Of a DNA stretch of 64,000 bases, positions 38,782 to 53,165 are shown piece after piece. This DNA comes from Macrostomum lignano. Taxonomy: Eukaryota. Position numbers and translations under genes: made by a program. The stretch spans positions 251,373 to 315,372 of the forward strand of contig NIVC01001313.1 in the NCBI GenBank assembly GCA_002269645.1, written 5' to 3'. How positions within the stretch are numbered: position 1 is the first letter of the stretch; each line of letters starts with the position of its first letter. Under the pieces are notes generated by a model. The model ran no database searches, was not told the origin of the DNA, and saw nothing but the letters and a program-made list of their open reading frames with translations.

Positions 38782-41439
38782 GCTTGTAGCATGAGAAATT
38801 TATAAGTTTTGAATACTATATAAATATTTGGTAGTATAAAATGATTTATAATTCCAAGAAATGATAGCTGATTCACTTGTTTCAATTTAGGTCGTAGCTA
38901 GCTACTAATACTGCAATAGCTAACTATTGTAAAAAATAATATTAAATATTTCTTTTTGCTAAGAAGCTGTGCTAAAATTATCTAATAACCTTAATTTCAA
39001 AATATTTATTATTTAAATCCAAAAAGAATAGCTACTATAAAGTATTATATCACAATGGACCAATGGTCCTAAATAAAAAGTATGATAGACTTGAGGTAGG
39101 AACAGTAGCACAACCACATATTTGTTGAGGTGGATGGATTCTAGAGGGTTAAGACCCAAAGAGGGGGTTAGAAGGGTAGCTCTATATTTTGGTAAGATTC
39201 ACTTGGTTCCCTATGCTTTTTTCTTGATTTCTATCTAAGGGAGGACAACTGCCCCCTCCCCCTGGTTATGCCACTGAGCAAGTATCTATCTTAGTAAACA
39301 AACCAAATAAAAGATATACTTATAGCCATAATATGAACAAAAAACATAAAAGAAAATATTACTTTTAGGGGAATAGGAAAGGGGAGGATCTAGGGGGGGG
39401 GGGTGTAACCCTTTTGAACAGCCAAAAACATTGTTTTTTGAAGTCTTTTTTTCTCCTTAAGGGCATCCGCATCCCACCCTTCCCCCTCTCGAAAGAAAAT
39501 TTCCCTCCCAAGGAGTGGCCTATCTGGCCCTATCCTCCCAAAGAAAATTTCTGGCTATACACCTAACCTGATTGCTTTTTCAAATTCAAAAAGTTAAGTT
39601 TTAGTTCTTATTTATATATAGGCCTAGCTATTAGGCTTACTAAAGAAAATATTTTTATGACTAAAAATATGTGAAACCTTCAGTTCAGAACATAAGAGAA
39701 CTTAACTAACTACTATTACTAAAGACAAAGTCAAAGACAAAGACTATCTGTATCTTTGAAAACAATATAAAAATAATTAAAGTCACAGCATACTTAGGGC
39801 CTATTTAAAAATTATTATACAAAGTGGGTTAACAAAATACGACTATAATAAAATGATAATTGTCAACTTTATATTTCTGCATAAAACATCTATAAAACAT
39901 TACTTTTAAGACCTAAGTCAATACATTGTCATTATAATACATTATTAAGCACAAGCAGTTGGACACAACACAATTATAGGCGAAATTCAAGTAAGCCAGA
40001 AAAAATTGTCTACGTATTTAATAATTGATTCTGAGTTTATTGAGTACACAACCAGTCCAACAGACGGAATTCGAATTGCTACTTTATAGACCTATTTGAT
40101 CCTAATCGTATTTTAGATTTTTAAGGAAAGGCAATGGAATGCAAACTGTTGTTGCCAAAAATAGTAACCAAAACACTAGCATACATCAAACACTTTGTAA
40201 AATAGATAACTGACTGTCTTTTTTGCTTTTCAAATTTCATTTTTTGTATACAAACTCGAGAGTTTTGGCTAAAAATGCATAGATTTTTATACGTTTGTTT
40301 AATTTTTTTTTTCGTTTACTAAAATACATCCGCACAGCACATAAATGTAGAAACTGAAGAATGAATGTTGTTGAATAAAGAAAGTATTCTGCAACCCTAA
40401 AACTATGACTGATGAATAACCGATGTATGCGAGCTAGGAAACTATTTACCGAGTGATCGAGGCAGAGCAGGGATGATGAGTCTGCACAAATTACATGTAC
40501 ATTGCATGGTTCATATGACATCTATATCAAATTTCATATTCACAGGAGCTAGGGCTGTGGGAACTCTGGCGCAACGCCTTTGGCAAAATCATCCCACAAC
40601 CAGCGCTGAGGCATTTTTCTGCCTTTTATAGTGACACCTGAGCACATACAAGCGCGCCAATACTGTAAAGCAGGCATGCATTCACTCATGCAATGTACTG
40701 CACGCTCAACACAGGGTACGTGTACAACAGCCCTTAACTGTCAGGCAAGTACACTCTCTGTACCTTGGGGGGTTTTGGCCCGCATTGGTGTGAATCGCAC
40801 GACAACCCTCTGGCCAATTTTTGTTCCTAAGCCTGGAAAATGAATGTATACATGTGGTGTTTTCGGGCGAAATGGAGCGAGGGAAGTATATATGTCTCTC
40901 CTGCATTTAATTTTGAAATAAATGGTAAAATAATTATTTCAGTTGGAATTTACATGCACATCTACAAACGCCACATTAGGGTTTTGTACATGTACATTTA
41001 GGTTTCGTAGTTGTTTTGTAGGTACTTTATTAGTTATTTATCCATTATGACGAGACAAAATATTGTAAAAGAAAATTTACTTTTTTGATCAGATATAACT
41101 GTAAATGTATTTTTGAGAAAGTTATTTAATATCAACGCCAACATCTCCAACTTTTACATTGCTAAACCAGTATATATTAATTATTATACTGGTTATTATA
41201 AACTTGACTTGACTTGACTTAGCTAGGGGGCGTCCGGCGGATGCAGCGAGGAGGCGGATCCTATATAAATTATTGTAAACTATTATAATTATTATAAACT
41301 ACTGAGCAACAGGATCTGCAGCACAGGACCATTGCCGCTATAGGCCTTTACAAAACCCTTTACATATATTGTAAAAACATAACTAAAACTAACTTTCTAT
41401 ATGATTTAGTGATAGAGAGTTCAGTGATTGAAATAAGTG

Positions 41440-42445
41440 ACAGAGATCAGTAACAGAGATCAGTAACAGAGATCAGTTACAGTGATCAGTGATAAAGATC
41501 AGAAACAGAGATCACTGATAGAGATCAGTGAGAGAGATCAGTGACAGAGATCAGTGACAGATCAGTGATAGAGATCACTGATAGAGATCAGTGACAGATC
41601 AGTGATAGAGATCAGTGACAGATCAGTGATAGAGATCAGTGACAGATCAGTGACAGATCAGTGATAGAGATCACTGATAGAGATCAGTGACAGATCAGTG
41701 ACAGATCAGTGATAGAGATCACTGATAGAGATCAGTGACAGAGATCAGTGACAGATCAGTGACAGAGATCAGTGAAAGAGATCACTGATAGAGATCAGTG
41801 ACAGATCAGTGATAGAGATCAGTGACAGATCAGTGATAGAGATCAGTGACAGATCAGTGACAGATCAGTGATAGAGATCACTGATAGAGATCAGTGACAG
41901 ATCAGTGATAGAGATCAGTGACAGATCAGTGATAGAGATCAGTGGCAGAGATTAGTGACAGAGATCACTGACAGAGATCAGTGACAGAGATCAGTGATAG
42001 AGATCAGTGACAGATCAGTGATAGAGATCAGTGACAGATCAGTGACAGATCAGTGATAGAGATCAGTGACAGATCAGTGATAGAGATCAGTGACAGATCA
42101 GTGACAGATCAGTGATAGAGATCACTGATAGAGATCAGTGACAGAGATCAGTGACAGATCAGTGACAGAGATCAGTGAAAGAGATCACTGATAGAGATCA
42201 GTGATAGAGATCACTGATAGAGATCAGTGACAGATCAGTGATAGAGATCAGTGACAGATCAGTGATAGAGATCAGTGACAGATCAGTGACAGATCAGTGA
42301 TAGAGATCACTGATAGAGATCAGTGACAGATCAGTGATAGAGATCAGTGACAGATCAGTGATAGAGATCAGTGGCAGAGATTAGTGACAGAGATCACTGA
42401 CAGAGATCAGTGACAGAGATCAGTGATAGAGATCAGTGATTAGTG
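41440..42445. repeat. 10-12-bp minisatellite (AGAGATCAGTGAC/T)
   Basis: Direct inspection. Confidence 0.95.
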
Positions 42446-43369
42446 ATCAAATACGCACTTGCATACAGTATAATGGCCTTATCTTACAACAGTCGCTCAA
42501 GCACCTTGAGCATTGACTCATACAGTTAACTGTCAAGGGGCGTAGCCATCGGTTAATGGTATATACATGTAGGTGGACAAAGTGAAAGATTTTTAGTAGC
42601 CAAAGGGTGTTTAGCAAATAATTATTTCTTGCTCCATAGGAGGAGCTCGTGAAGACTCTGCCAGCACCGGCAGCTGAGCTATGAGCACACGCATGGAGGC
42701 ATGCCCACCTATAGTGCAATCGCACAAGCCTGTGGCAAAACTTTTCCTGCCAGGACTCGAACCCGGGCACTTCGGCTCTGCCCCCCTGCTCTCATACTGT
42801 TAAATATTTTACACCATCAGCTACAAACTATTGAGTTAGTATAAATAGTTCCAAATGAATTTAAATACTATACGTATACACAAGGGCTGTTCGTTGAGAT
42901 AGCGATCATTGCGCATAAATTTTTACTACCGCATTGAACTCGCTGAAATTAAAATTCAGCTTCAAGACGGGCAAAATTCAATGCTTCAGTTGAGTAGTGT
43001 TCAAAAGCTTCTCCAGGTCATTCGGCCGCTGAGTTATGGCTCACTAAGTGACGAGGTCCAAGAAGGTGACTTGCGATTTACCTCTTATTAAAAGTCATAT
43101 TAAGAGAGAGATTTGTCTATGGTATAAATAAGTGGGAGTAATAAGTCATAAATGGTAATGGTAATAAATGGTAATAAATCACTTAATGAGCCACAACCCA
43201 GCAACGGAATGACACAGAGAAGCTATTTAACACTCAGCTGAAGCATTTAAAGATGCTCCTTGAAGCTGAGTTTAATTTAAGCGATTTTAATGCGGTAGTA
43301 AACAGTTGTGCACAAGCAATTACTGTCTTAACAGACAGTCCTTGCAGTTATATCTAGAAAAGTTTCGCA

Positions 43370-43813
43370 TCACGACTGCACAGTGACGGTGACGGGAGTG
43401 ACGGTGAAGCCGGTGCTATTCGGCAGGGCGGTGTGCACAGTCACAGGCGGCACGGTGCCGGGGATCAGCTCCGCCTGGCTCAGCTGGTAGTTGAACACCC
43501 AGATGATGGTGGTCAGGCACTGGAAGGCCAGGATGCCCATGGCGGCGAACACCACGTAGATTCGATCTTCGGACAGGTCGCCGGTCCGGTGCCACCACCA
43601 CAGCTGGCCAATCAGGCTGCAGCTGAGCAGCAGGTTCAGGGTGAGCAGGAAGAAGCTGGCCGACACCACCCCGCCCTGGATGAGGGTGATGAGGATGCTG
43701 GACAGAGCGAATAGCAGTGCGAGGCCTGAGACCACCCGGTAGACCAGAGTGACCGTGGGAGACACGTGATGGTAGATCGCGCCGGAGGACTGGTTGGTGT
43801 CGGATGAAGACAT
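43370..43813 (-). CDS. TMEM243: TMEM243-like small multi-pass membrane protein (147 aa)
   Basis: Three hydrophobic segments; WWHRTGDLSE matches the WYRQGDL-type motif; ATG at 43813. Confidence 0.65.
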   Translation of the reverse strand: MSSSDTNQSSGAIYHHVSPTVTLVYRVVSGLALLFALSSILITLIQGGVVSASFFLLTLNLLLSCSLIGQLWWWHRTGDLSEDRIYVVFAAMGILAFQCLTTIIWVFNYQLSQAELIPGTVPPVTVHTALPNSTGFTVTPVTVTVQS

Positions 43814-44009
43814 TGTGCGCGCGATGCCTCTGTGAGTCTTAATTGCAATTTTTATTTTAAAAATTTTTAACAGATGCGATAAACTTATACAATTAACATA
43901 ATGCAATATAGTCTTTAAAAGGCTCAAAATTCTGAATTCAATCGGCCGGAAAAAGCATGTACATATAGTGCCCCTGGCAGTAGCTTTGGCGTTTTCTGGT
44001 TTACTGGCA

Positions 44010-44640
44010 ACCCCTCAAATGAAATGGCGCCCCTCACTCAGATGAAATAGCGCCCCCCACTCAGATGAAATGGCGCCCCTCACTCAATGAAATGGCGCCT
44101 CTCACTCAAATGAAATGGCGCCCCTCACTCAGATGAAATAGCGCCTCTCACTCAGATGAAATGGCGCCCCTCACTCAATGAAATGGCGCCTCTCACTCAA
44201 ATGAAATGGCGCCCCTCACTCAGATGAAATGGCGCCCCTCACTCAGATGAAATGGCGCCCCTCACGCAAATGAAATGGCGCCTCTCACTCAGATGAAATG
44301 GCGCCCCTCACTCAATGAAATGGCGCCTCTCACTCAAATGAAATGGCGCCCCTCACTCAGATCAAATAGCGCCTCTCACTCAAATGAAATGACGCCCCTC
44401 ACTCAGATGAAATAGCGCCTCTCACTCAGATGAAATGGCGCCCCTCACTCAATGAAATGGCGCCTCTCACTCAAATGAAATGGCGCCCCTCACTCAGATG
44501 AAATGGCGCCCCTCACTCAGATGAAATGGCGCCCCTCACGCAAATGAAATGGCGCCTCTCACTCAGATGAAATGGCGCCCCTCACTCAAATGAAATGGCG
44601 CCTCTCACTCAGATGAAATGGCGTCTCTCACTCAAATGAA
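44010..44640. repeat. 24-25-bp minisatellite (TCACTCAGATGAAATGGCGCCCC)
   Basis: About 25 copies. Confidence 0.95.
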
Positions 44641-45089
44641 TCTATATCTCAAATTTGGTCTTGCTCAGTTAAAGAAATAAGCAGCAAAAGTGGCAAAACT
44701 TACCTGAAGCAGGTCTAGTTTCAACAGGCTCGATCAGCAATGATTTTCTCTGACAAACCCTCTCACTGCTGCGACAGGGTGGCATATATTATACACTGCG
44801 TGCCAACTGTACAAAATGCACAGCGCGTGCGCGGACAAATACGAGAAGACTATTATCTCGGGTGTCGCAACAGGTGAATTGCTATACCCCTGATGAACCT
44901 TGTACATGCTATTTGAAATCTTATCTCGCTTTTTTCTCTATTGCACTTCAACTGACAAGCAATATACAGCCTATGGCTTATATTACACACGTAACTTCTT
45001 TGTACTGAATCCAGCTACTTAGTAAGTAGTGCGTACATGTAGCTTATACCGTGTACCAAGTCTAAGTAGTAACATTAGAGAGGTTAATG

Positions 45090-45510
45090 GCACTGAAGAG
45101 TGACAGAGAGAGAGAGAGGGTGACTTCTACAGAGTGAATGGCATTGAAGAGTGACAGAGAGAGAGAGGAGAGAGGGTGACTTCTACAGAGTGAATGGCAT
45201 TGAAGAGTGACAGAGAGAGAGAGAGAGGGTGACTTCTACAGAGTGAATGGCACTGAAGAGTGACAGAGAGGGAGAGAGAGAGGAGAGAGAGAGAGAGGGT
45301 GACTTCTACAGAGTGAATGGCATTGAAGAGTGACAGAGAGAGAGAGAGAGAGGGTGACTTCTACAGAGTGAATGGCACTGAAGAGTGACAGAGAGAGAGA
45401 GAGAGAGGGTGACTTCTACAGAGTGAATGGCATTGAAGAGTGACAGAGAGAGAGGAGAGAGGGTGACTTCTACAGAGTGAATGGCATTGAAGAGTGACAA
45501 AGAGAGGGTG
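45090..45510. repeat. ~45-50-bp minisatellite with a variable (GA)n tract
   Basis: About 8 copies. Confidence 0.92.
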
Positions 45511-46362
45511 AAGTACTTACGCAAGTTAATACTAACGCACTTAGTCAAACTAATTTCAATAAAAAACATTGACAGAAATTTATGGTAAACATGAGTTAAG
45601 AATCCAAAAACAAAAAACAATCCTGCAAGTCGTATGTAGGAAACAAGTTGGGCACAATGAGTTCATAAAGATATAATATTTATTTGAAACAAATATATTA
45701 AGTTAATTGTACCAGATCTCACTAACACACTAGTATGCAAAATTGCGATTTGAACCAAAGCTAGAAGACACAGAAAAGAATAAATGACATCATAAATGAC
45801 AAATTAGCATTATTTTAGAAACAGAACAGAAGAGATGCACAGGCATAATGGTTGCTAACTGTATTTTTACTAGCACTCAAAGGAGAGACAGGGTCCTGAT
45901 TTGAAAGGTTTAGCTGTTGAAATAAAACCTATATGCATGTGTGGCGAAATTTTGATTGACGGAATTAAAAAAGAAACAATATTATTATTCAAATTAATGA
46001 AAACTGGCATTGAAAGGTCACATCTGCAGGCAGGTGTCACGGATTTAAAATATAGATATATTTTACTGATTTAACAAAACAGTTTCGATTACAGGCATTA
46101 GAAAAAAAGCTCTGTTGCTACAGATCACCATTATTAATAAGGGAGCTGAGGGCGACATGTAAATGGATATATGTACGAATATATACACGCCTATAGTTAC
46201 TGAGTTAGTAGTAAAGATAGAGAAGCTGCCTGCAAATTGACATTATTTTACAATTCATTTCATTTGATTCATTTGATTCATACAAATATTCTATTAGTGA
46301 AGAGTGATATTTTTAGAGAAAAATATTAAATTTTAACGGTCGCGCGCAAATCACACTACTGA

Positions 46363-49300
46363 CTAGTTAAGCGTACCGCGGCAGCTGGCTGTGCCGCATA
46401 GGCAGATAATTTTTTCCTCCTCGTAGGGGAATTTGTAGTCGTAGGTGATTTCCTCGTTGCGGCGGATTTCGCGTTTAGAGTAGATGACAATCTTTTTCTC
46501 ACCTTCCACTGTGATCACCTTGGCGTAGCAGTTCGGCTGCGGGAAATTATGCGGCATTGGGATTTTTCCGTGTGACCTTGAGGAACTTCTTTTATTGTGA
46601 CTAAGCTGTGGGTTTGCCTTATATGACATTGAATTGGTTATCAGTGACTTGGTTGACCTTGAAGGGATAGAGTCCTAAATGACCTTGGAGGGATAGTCTT
46701 AAATGACCTTGGAGGGATAGTCTTAAATGACCTTGGAGGGATAGTCTTAAATGACCTTGGAGGGATAGTCTTAAATGACCTTGGAGGGATAGTCTTAAAT
46801 GACCTTGGAGGGATAGTCTTAAATGATCTTGGAGGGATAGTCTTAAATGACCTTGGAGGGATAGTCTTAAATGACCTTGGAGGGATAGTATTAAATGACC
46901 TTGGAGGGATAGTCTTAAATGACCTTGGAGGGATAGTCTTAAATGACCTTGGAGGGATAGTCTTAAATGACCTTGGAGGGATAGTCTTAAATGACCTTGG
47001 AGGGATAGTCTTAAATGACCTTTGAGGGATAGTCTTAAATGACCTTGAAGGGATACAGCCTTAAATGACAGTGAAGGGATAGAGTCTTAAAAATCACCTT
47101 GAAGGATAGAGTCTTACATGACCTTGAAGGGATAGTCTTAAATGACCTTAGAGGGGGTTTTTAGTGTTTTGGATGACCTTAAAGGGATTCTCCGAGTTTG
47201 AATGGCTTTGAAGGGATTCTTAATGCCTTGAACGACCTTAAAGAAATCTTCCGTGTCTTGAACGGTCGTGAATGAGTTATTAGCGCACTAAACAACCTTA
47301 AGCGGCTTTCGCAAACACTCATTGACCTGAGTGAGACTATCTATGTCTTGGATGACCGTAAAAGGAGCTCTCAGTGTCTTGAGAGCTATTGAGCAACAGA
47401 ATGCAGACTCACCGAACAGCTGTGATTGATAAACCTGGCGTTATTGCCGCATTTGGTTGCGTCAATGACAAAAGCATCGTCAATGCGAAACAGATAGCTG
47501 CTGCCTATGCCGGCCCGTTCGTAGGCCTGCTCGCGAGTCTCGGCTATGGAGCGCCTGATAATCTGGCCAGTGTACTCAACCACCATCTCATCCTGGGCGA
47601 TGGTCTCCAGGGCGAACAGGCCCCAAGAGTGAATGCCGGAACGATCGAATTTCAGCTTCTTCTTGCGAAACTTCAATTGGTTGAACTTTAATAGGTCGCC
47701 TGTGAGGAAAAAATCAAATGTTTTTTAGACATATAGCACTAACTGATACAGTCCTAGGACTTAGTTTATAGGTGGGATTTCCCATCTAGTCCATAGGTAC
47801 TGGTGGGTTTCCCATCTAGTCTTCAGGCTACAGGCGGGATTTCCCATCTAGAGGTTACATGTGAGATTTCCTATCTAGTCTTCAGGTTACATGCGAGATT
47901 TCCTATCTAGTCTTCAGGTTACATGTGAGATTTCCTATCTAGTCTTCAGGTTACATGTGAGATTTCCTATCTAGTCTTCAGGTTACATGTGAGATTTCCT
48001 ATCTAGTCTTCAGGTTACATGTGAGATTTCCTATCTAGTCTTCAGGTTACATGTGAGATTTCCTATCTAGTCTTCAGGTTACAGGTGGGAAAAGCCCATT
48101 TGCTACAGTATGAGGGTTTCATGAGGTTTTCATGATCTGTAGATAATTTCGGACGGGGGATTCCCGATCCAAGTAGCGCCGCATGTGGGGATTTTCCATC
48201 CACAGCTAGCGTTAGAGCACAAAGGATTCCCAATCTAGCAAGTGGAACATTTGGGATTTGAATCCCTCTTCCCACCAGCAACCCACCAATTTCGATATCG
48301 GCAAACTCGGCCAGAATTCTGCGCTGCATAGACCTGGCCTCCCTAGTCAGGGACAGCTTGGCTTTTCGCTCCTCCTGCTCGGCCTCGGCTTCATCAGCCT
48401 GTCCGGCTTCTGCGTTAATGGCCGCCGCCAGCGCCAGAGCGGAGCGCTCCTTCTGCTTGCCAGTCAGCTTGTAGAAGCCCTCCGACCTGGCGCAGCCAGT
48501 CGAATGCGGCTCGCGCGGACCGGTCTCGCGCGCCGGCTGACCAACTGGCGGATGGTCGGTCCAGTGGGTCTCAACTGCGCAGGGCAGGCCGCCTTCGGCT
48601 ACTAGCAAATCAAACGCCTGTTTGAGCATCTCGTGCTCCTCGGCGGACATTACGCCGGCTAGGATGCGCTCGTTCAGCGCTGTTTCAGCTTCGGGAGAGC
48701 GCTGCTCGAATTGCGGAGGAGGCGGCGGCGGCGGCGGCGGAGGCAGCAACACGGAATCGTAGGTGTCCGCATCCGGCAAGAACTGCGGTCGCTGCCGTTT
48801 AGCTGGCGGCGGACCAGCCGGGAACAGGCCGACCAGTTCGCGCACTCCGGCGGCCGAGGTCAGCGACGGCTTGCGCTTGTTGGCGGGCATTGGCGAAGGC
48901 GGAGGCGGCCTGTGATAATAGCAGTAGTTGTGCTCGGACACCAGCTGCGAAGGCCACAGTGCAGGATCGGGCGCGACAGAAGCCTCGGGCGGCACAGACG
49001 CTAGATTGCCTAGCGGGCCGGGCTCTCGCTTGCCAAGATCCACATCGCCAGCGGGAAGGTGCGGATGCGTGTCAGACGGCGGCGGTGGCGGCGTCTTCGG
49101 CTGCTCCGGAATCTGCTGAGGCGGCGGCGACGCAATTGGCGGTCGCTTACGCGACGACGGCAGCACAGCGGCTGCAGGCGGAGGCGAGGACACCAGCGGG
49201 ACAAGCGCAGACTTTCGCCGACTGCTGCCGGTCGGAGCAGGACGTGACGGAGCCGCCGCCACTGCCGCCTTTGTTTTCGACGCATCATTAAAAGCTTCCC

Positions 49301-52076
49301 CGGCGTCGCTAGCCTCTGACGCATCGTCGGTGTCCTCGACTTCGTCATCATCGTCTTCATCTTCGCTTTCTTCATCGCTGTCGCTGTCGCCTTGGAATTC
49401 GCTGGCCTCGTCGCTTTCGTCGTCATCATCATCCATTGCGGAGGCGACAGCGGCAGCCTTACCATCGTCCTCAGCTTCCGAATCTGTAGACATTCCCGAC
49501 TCGCTGTCGGACGGCTCAGTCTTGACCTTCACCGACGCGGCCGCGCTGTCGACGGTGCTGTCATCTTCGGCCTCGTCGCCACTAACCGGCTGGCCAATGA
49601 CCTTGGCCGGGCCGCGTTTCTGCTTGGCCCGGTGGCTCGGCGCTGCCGACAATTTTGTACGGCGACCGCCGCGACGACCGCCCCGCTGAGCCAGCGACGG
49701 GACCGGCGTCTGCGGCGGCGCTTCCCGGGTTTTGGCGCGGATCTTCGTGGCCACGCGGCCGGATGGGGCGGCTGGCTTGGTGGATAGCGGCGTCTTGGCG
49801 TCCTCGGTGTCCGAGTGGGCCGGCGAGGAGGACAAGGACGAGGAGGAGGAGGAGCTCGACGAGGAGACAGACGACGCCCGAGCAGCGGGAGCAGCCGGCT
49901 CGGGGCTCGGAGACTTGGAGTCCTCATCCGAGCCAGACAAGGACTTCTTTTTCAAATCGACGCCGCCAAGATCATCGGAGCGGCGACTGTCCCGACGCGA
50001 CCGATGATGCCCGCGCTTGCTGTCTCGCTGTTGGCGATGTTGCCGACTGTCTTGGTCGCGCGATTCGGACTTGACCAATCGAGCGCCGCTGTCCCGGTCG
50101 GATTTCACCGATGCGGCGTCCCCGGCATCGGATTTCTGCTGCTTCTGCCCAGACTGATGCTGCTGATTCTGCTGCTGCTGCTGCGCAGACTGCGGCTTTT
50201 GTCGGCGTTGGATTTTTGGCAAATTAGCTCGCAGGCCGCCTCGACCGAAAGAGAATCCGGTGAGGGAGAACAGGTTCGAGATTGAGCTAAACTGCCCGCC
50301 AGACGCTGCTGCTGCTGCTGCTGTTGTTGCTGATGCTGCAGAAGACAGCAGATCCTCGCCGGCTGTGGCTGCCACAGCGGTTGCGCCTGTGGTACTGGCC
50401 GGCGCCGCTGCGCTGTCAACCGATTCAGCGTCCTTAGCAACGTCATTATCAACGGGCGGCATAGAGGACGAATCAATGACTGATGATTGGCCAACAGACG
50501 GCTCGAACTGGTCCAGCTTGCTAGCGATTTGCTGCGGATTAAAGAGCGGCTTAGAGCCATCGGACTCGGAGTGCCGGCTCCACCACTGCTCGAACTGCTG
50601 ATAGGCGTGATTCTCGATCGCTCGTTTAGTCAAATCTTTGAATAGTACTTCGCGCAGATCGTTCAGGACGCCTTCTAAGACGCGCCGGCTCACCTGCTCA
50701 GCGTTGCTAGGCGACAGGCTTGGCACGCTGGTGTCTGGAGGCTCAACTTCCACCGCTGGAGCTGGGGGCGGCGGCGGAGGCGGCGGTGGGGGTGGGGGCG
50801 GCGGCGGCGGCGGCGGAGGAGGCTGTTGAGGAGCAGCAGCCGCATCTGGCGGCATCGGCGGCGCGGGCAGGAGCGGCACTTTCACGGCCATGGCCAGCTG
50901 GGCCGCTTGCGAGCTCGGATCGGAATTGGCTATTGAGGTGCCTGCATAAAAGATTGCGGGTGGAAGTAGGCTTGCAAATACGCTTTGGTCAACTTAATTA
51001 ATTTTCACCTTCTATCATCAAATTACAGCAGGTGGCCTCAACTGGTCCATCCTGACCCCTCCGTGACCCTAACTGGTCCATCCTGACCCCTCCGTGACCC
51101 TAACTGGTCCATCCTGACCCCTCCGTGACCCTAACTGGTCCACACTGACCCCTCCGTGACCCTAACTGGTCCACACTGACCCCTCCGTGACCTTAAACAG
51201 ATCCACGCTGATTAGACAAGCTACTATTAACTAGCACTCACCCTCGAGCAATCTCTGCAGACGGTCTTTCAGATTCACAGACGTGGGATCTCCGCCGTAG
51301 ATGTGGCCGCCAACAGCTGGTCGAGTCTGATGGATTTTGCCGCCAGCCGCGCCGGCGCCGGTGGCAGCAGCTGCGTCGAAGTCGCCAAGCGCGGCGGAGG
51401 TGACGGAAGCGCCGGCAGCGGCTTGCAACAGTTTCTTATTAGCCTCATCGGCATTGTGATGCAGCAGATCGTGGATCAGCTTCCGCCTCATCCGGCCAGT
51501 GGTGTCTAGGAACACCTTCATCTGGTTGCCCAGCTTGCTGACTCCGTCAAGGCGATCAACGCACTCCCTGGCCGCGCGGGTGCCGGTAAACAGCACCCGG
51601 CCAATGCCCAGGTGTTTCTTCGATTGCGGATGAAAGTACACCTTGGCCTCTTCAACTTCGCCGAATTGTCGGCACATATCTTCCAGATCGCGCGACTTCA
51701 AATTGTCATTAATATTAGTAAAGGTCACCTCCTTGTCCAACGGTCGGCCAAAATAATACTCGTCATATTTAAACTTCGGCAGAGGAAGATTAGCCGGCTC
51801 CCGCTGACGGAAGCCGGCCCCGCCACCGTGGTGATGCTGATGGCGCGGATCGCGGGGCGGCGCAGCTGCGTCGGCGCCAACAGACGGCAGAGGTCCGTGA
51901 TAGCCTGGCGGCGCCTGCAGGCGACCATCGTAGCGATAGATTTTGGCTGCGTGCGCCTGGTTCAGCGCCGGGTCCGTAATGAGCTTGTAGGCTTGGTACG
52001 GCTTGCCCTGCTGGTGCTGCTGCTGCTGATGATGATGGTGTCCACCTGATGCCGTGGCGGCGGTGGCGGATGCCAT
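46363..52076 (-). CDS. SETD1: Histone H3K4 methyltransferase SET1/SETD1, 4 exons, ~1316 aa
   Basis: Exons 52076-51242, 50941-48287, 47699-47413 and 46536-46363 in frame; N-terminal RRM, N-SET (GCARSEG), [41 protein letters not shown], post-[16 protein letters not shown]. Confidence 0.95.
46670..47160. repeat. 24-bp minisatellite in SET1 intron 3
   Basis: AAATGACCTTGGAGGGATAGTCTT, about 16 copies plus degenerate ones. Confidence 0.93.
47780..48085. repeat. 32-bp minisatellite in SET1 intron 2
   Basis: CTATCTAGTCTTCAGGTTACATGTGAGATTTC. Confidence 0.92.
51035..51195. repeat. 31-bp tandem repeat in SET1 intron 1
   Basis: About 5 copies. Confidence 0.9.
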
Positions 52077-52814
52077 CCCTCTGGCAGCAGCCTCTGCTGC
52101 AACTTTTGTTGCTTTTGTTTAGCTTTGCTAGCTGCTGCTGCTTCTGGAAGACGATTGATAAGAAACATTTTTTATAGATCGTTAACCCGATAGAAAACGC
52201 AACTAAAATGAAAGCGTACTACTTACAACACAGTAGTGTAACTAGCGAGCAAACTGGAACCCTGCTGCCAGCTGCTGCTGCTGCTGTTGCATGGGCCAAA
52301 CAACAGGTTCAGTCAGCGGCTGAAAACAAAGATAGGATTTTATCATGTGTACAAGGCTTCAGGTGGGATTCAGGGCAACTGCTAAACAGTCATGCCCGCA
52401 CAGGTATACACCGGCCCTGACTTTCTAGCTTCTGTTAAGCAAAGAACAACAATCTATATTAATTATTAATAAACAAAGATAAATTGAAACGATCGAAGTC
52501 ATAGTCACTCTGATCTGTGTATATACATTACAGATATTCATACTATAAATGCACAAATGGCATTGACGACCCGCCGTGAATTAATTAATTAGCAAGTAAC
52601 AGTACAATGCTGGGAAGATGCGAACGAAAATGTTACATGTGAATTACTGAGCTGGGAGAATTTTTTTAAAGCCGAAAGCCATCCACAGTAGTACACTGTC
52701 GTTGATACAAGCAAGTAATACTGCCATAGAACTAGCACATGTTGCTACCCACTGGTTGCTATGATAAACTAATTATCTGAACTGTAATGTTTCGATTGAG
52801 AGTCTTTTCAGTAA

Positions 52815-53105
52815 TCAACTTTCGGGTAGCAGCCATCGATTAGCAACTTCCCGGTAGCAACCATCGATAATTAACGCTCAGGAAGCAATCATTCGATAAG
52901 CAACTTCCGGGTAGCAACCATCGGATTAGCAACGTTCGGGTAGCAACCATCGAATTAGCAACTTCCGAGAAGCACCCATCGGATTAGCTACTTCCGGGTA
53001 GCAACCAAATCGGATTAGCTACTGCCGGGTAGCAACCAAATTGGATTAGCCACTTCCGGGCAGCAACCAAATTGGATTAGCTACTTCCAGGTAGCAACTA
53101 ATGGA
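52815..53105. repeat. ~27-bp degenerate tandem repeat between FBXO42 and SET1
   Basis: ATTAGC(A/T)ACTTCCGGGTAGCAACC units. Confidence 0.85.
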
Positions 53106-53165
53106 AAAGCAATCTGGTACAAAAGGGGTGTATTTATGAAAATATACCCTAAGTAAAACAGTCAG

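Noticed and set aside
42720-42780. Box B-like GGACTCGAACCCGGG as a tRNA gene
   Set aside because: No cloverleaf; at most a SINE remnant.
48063-48286. C-terminal extension of the 942-aa track ORF
   Set aside because: Read-through into SET1 intron 2; the donor at 48286 gives the correct phase for DLLKFNQLK.
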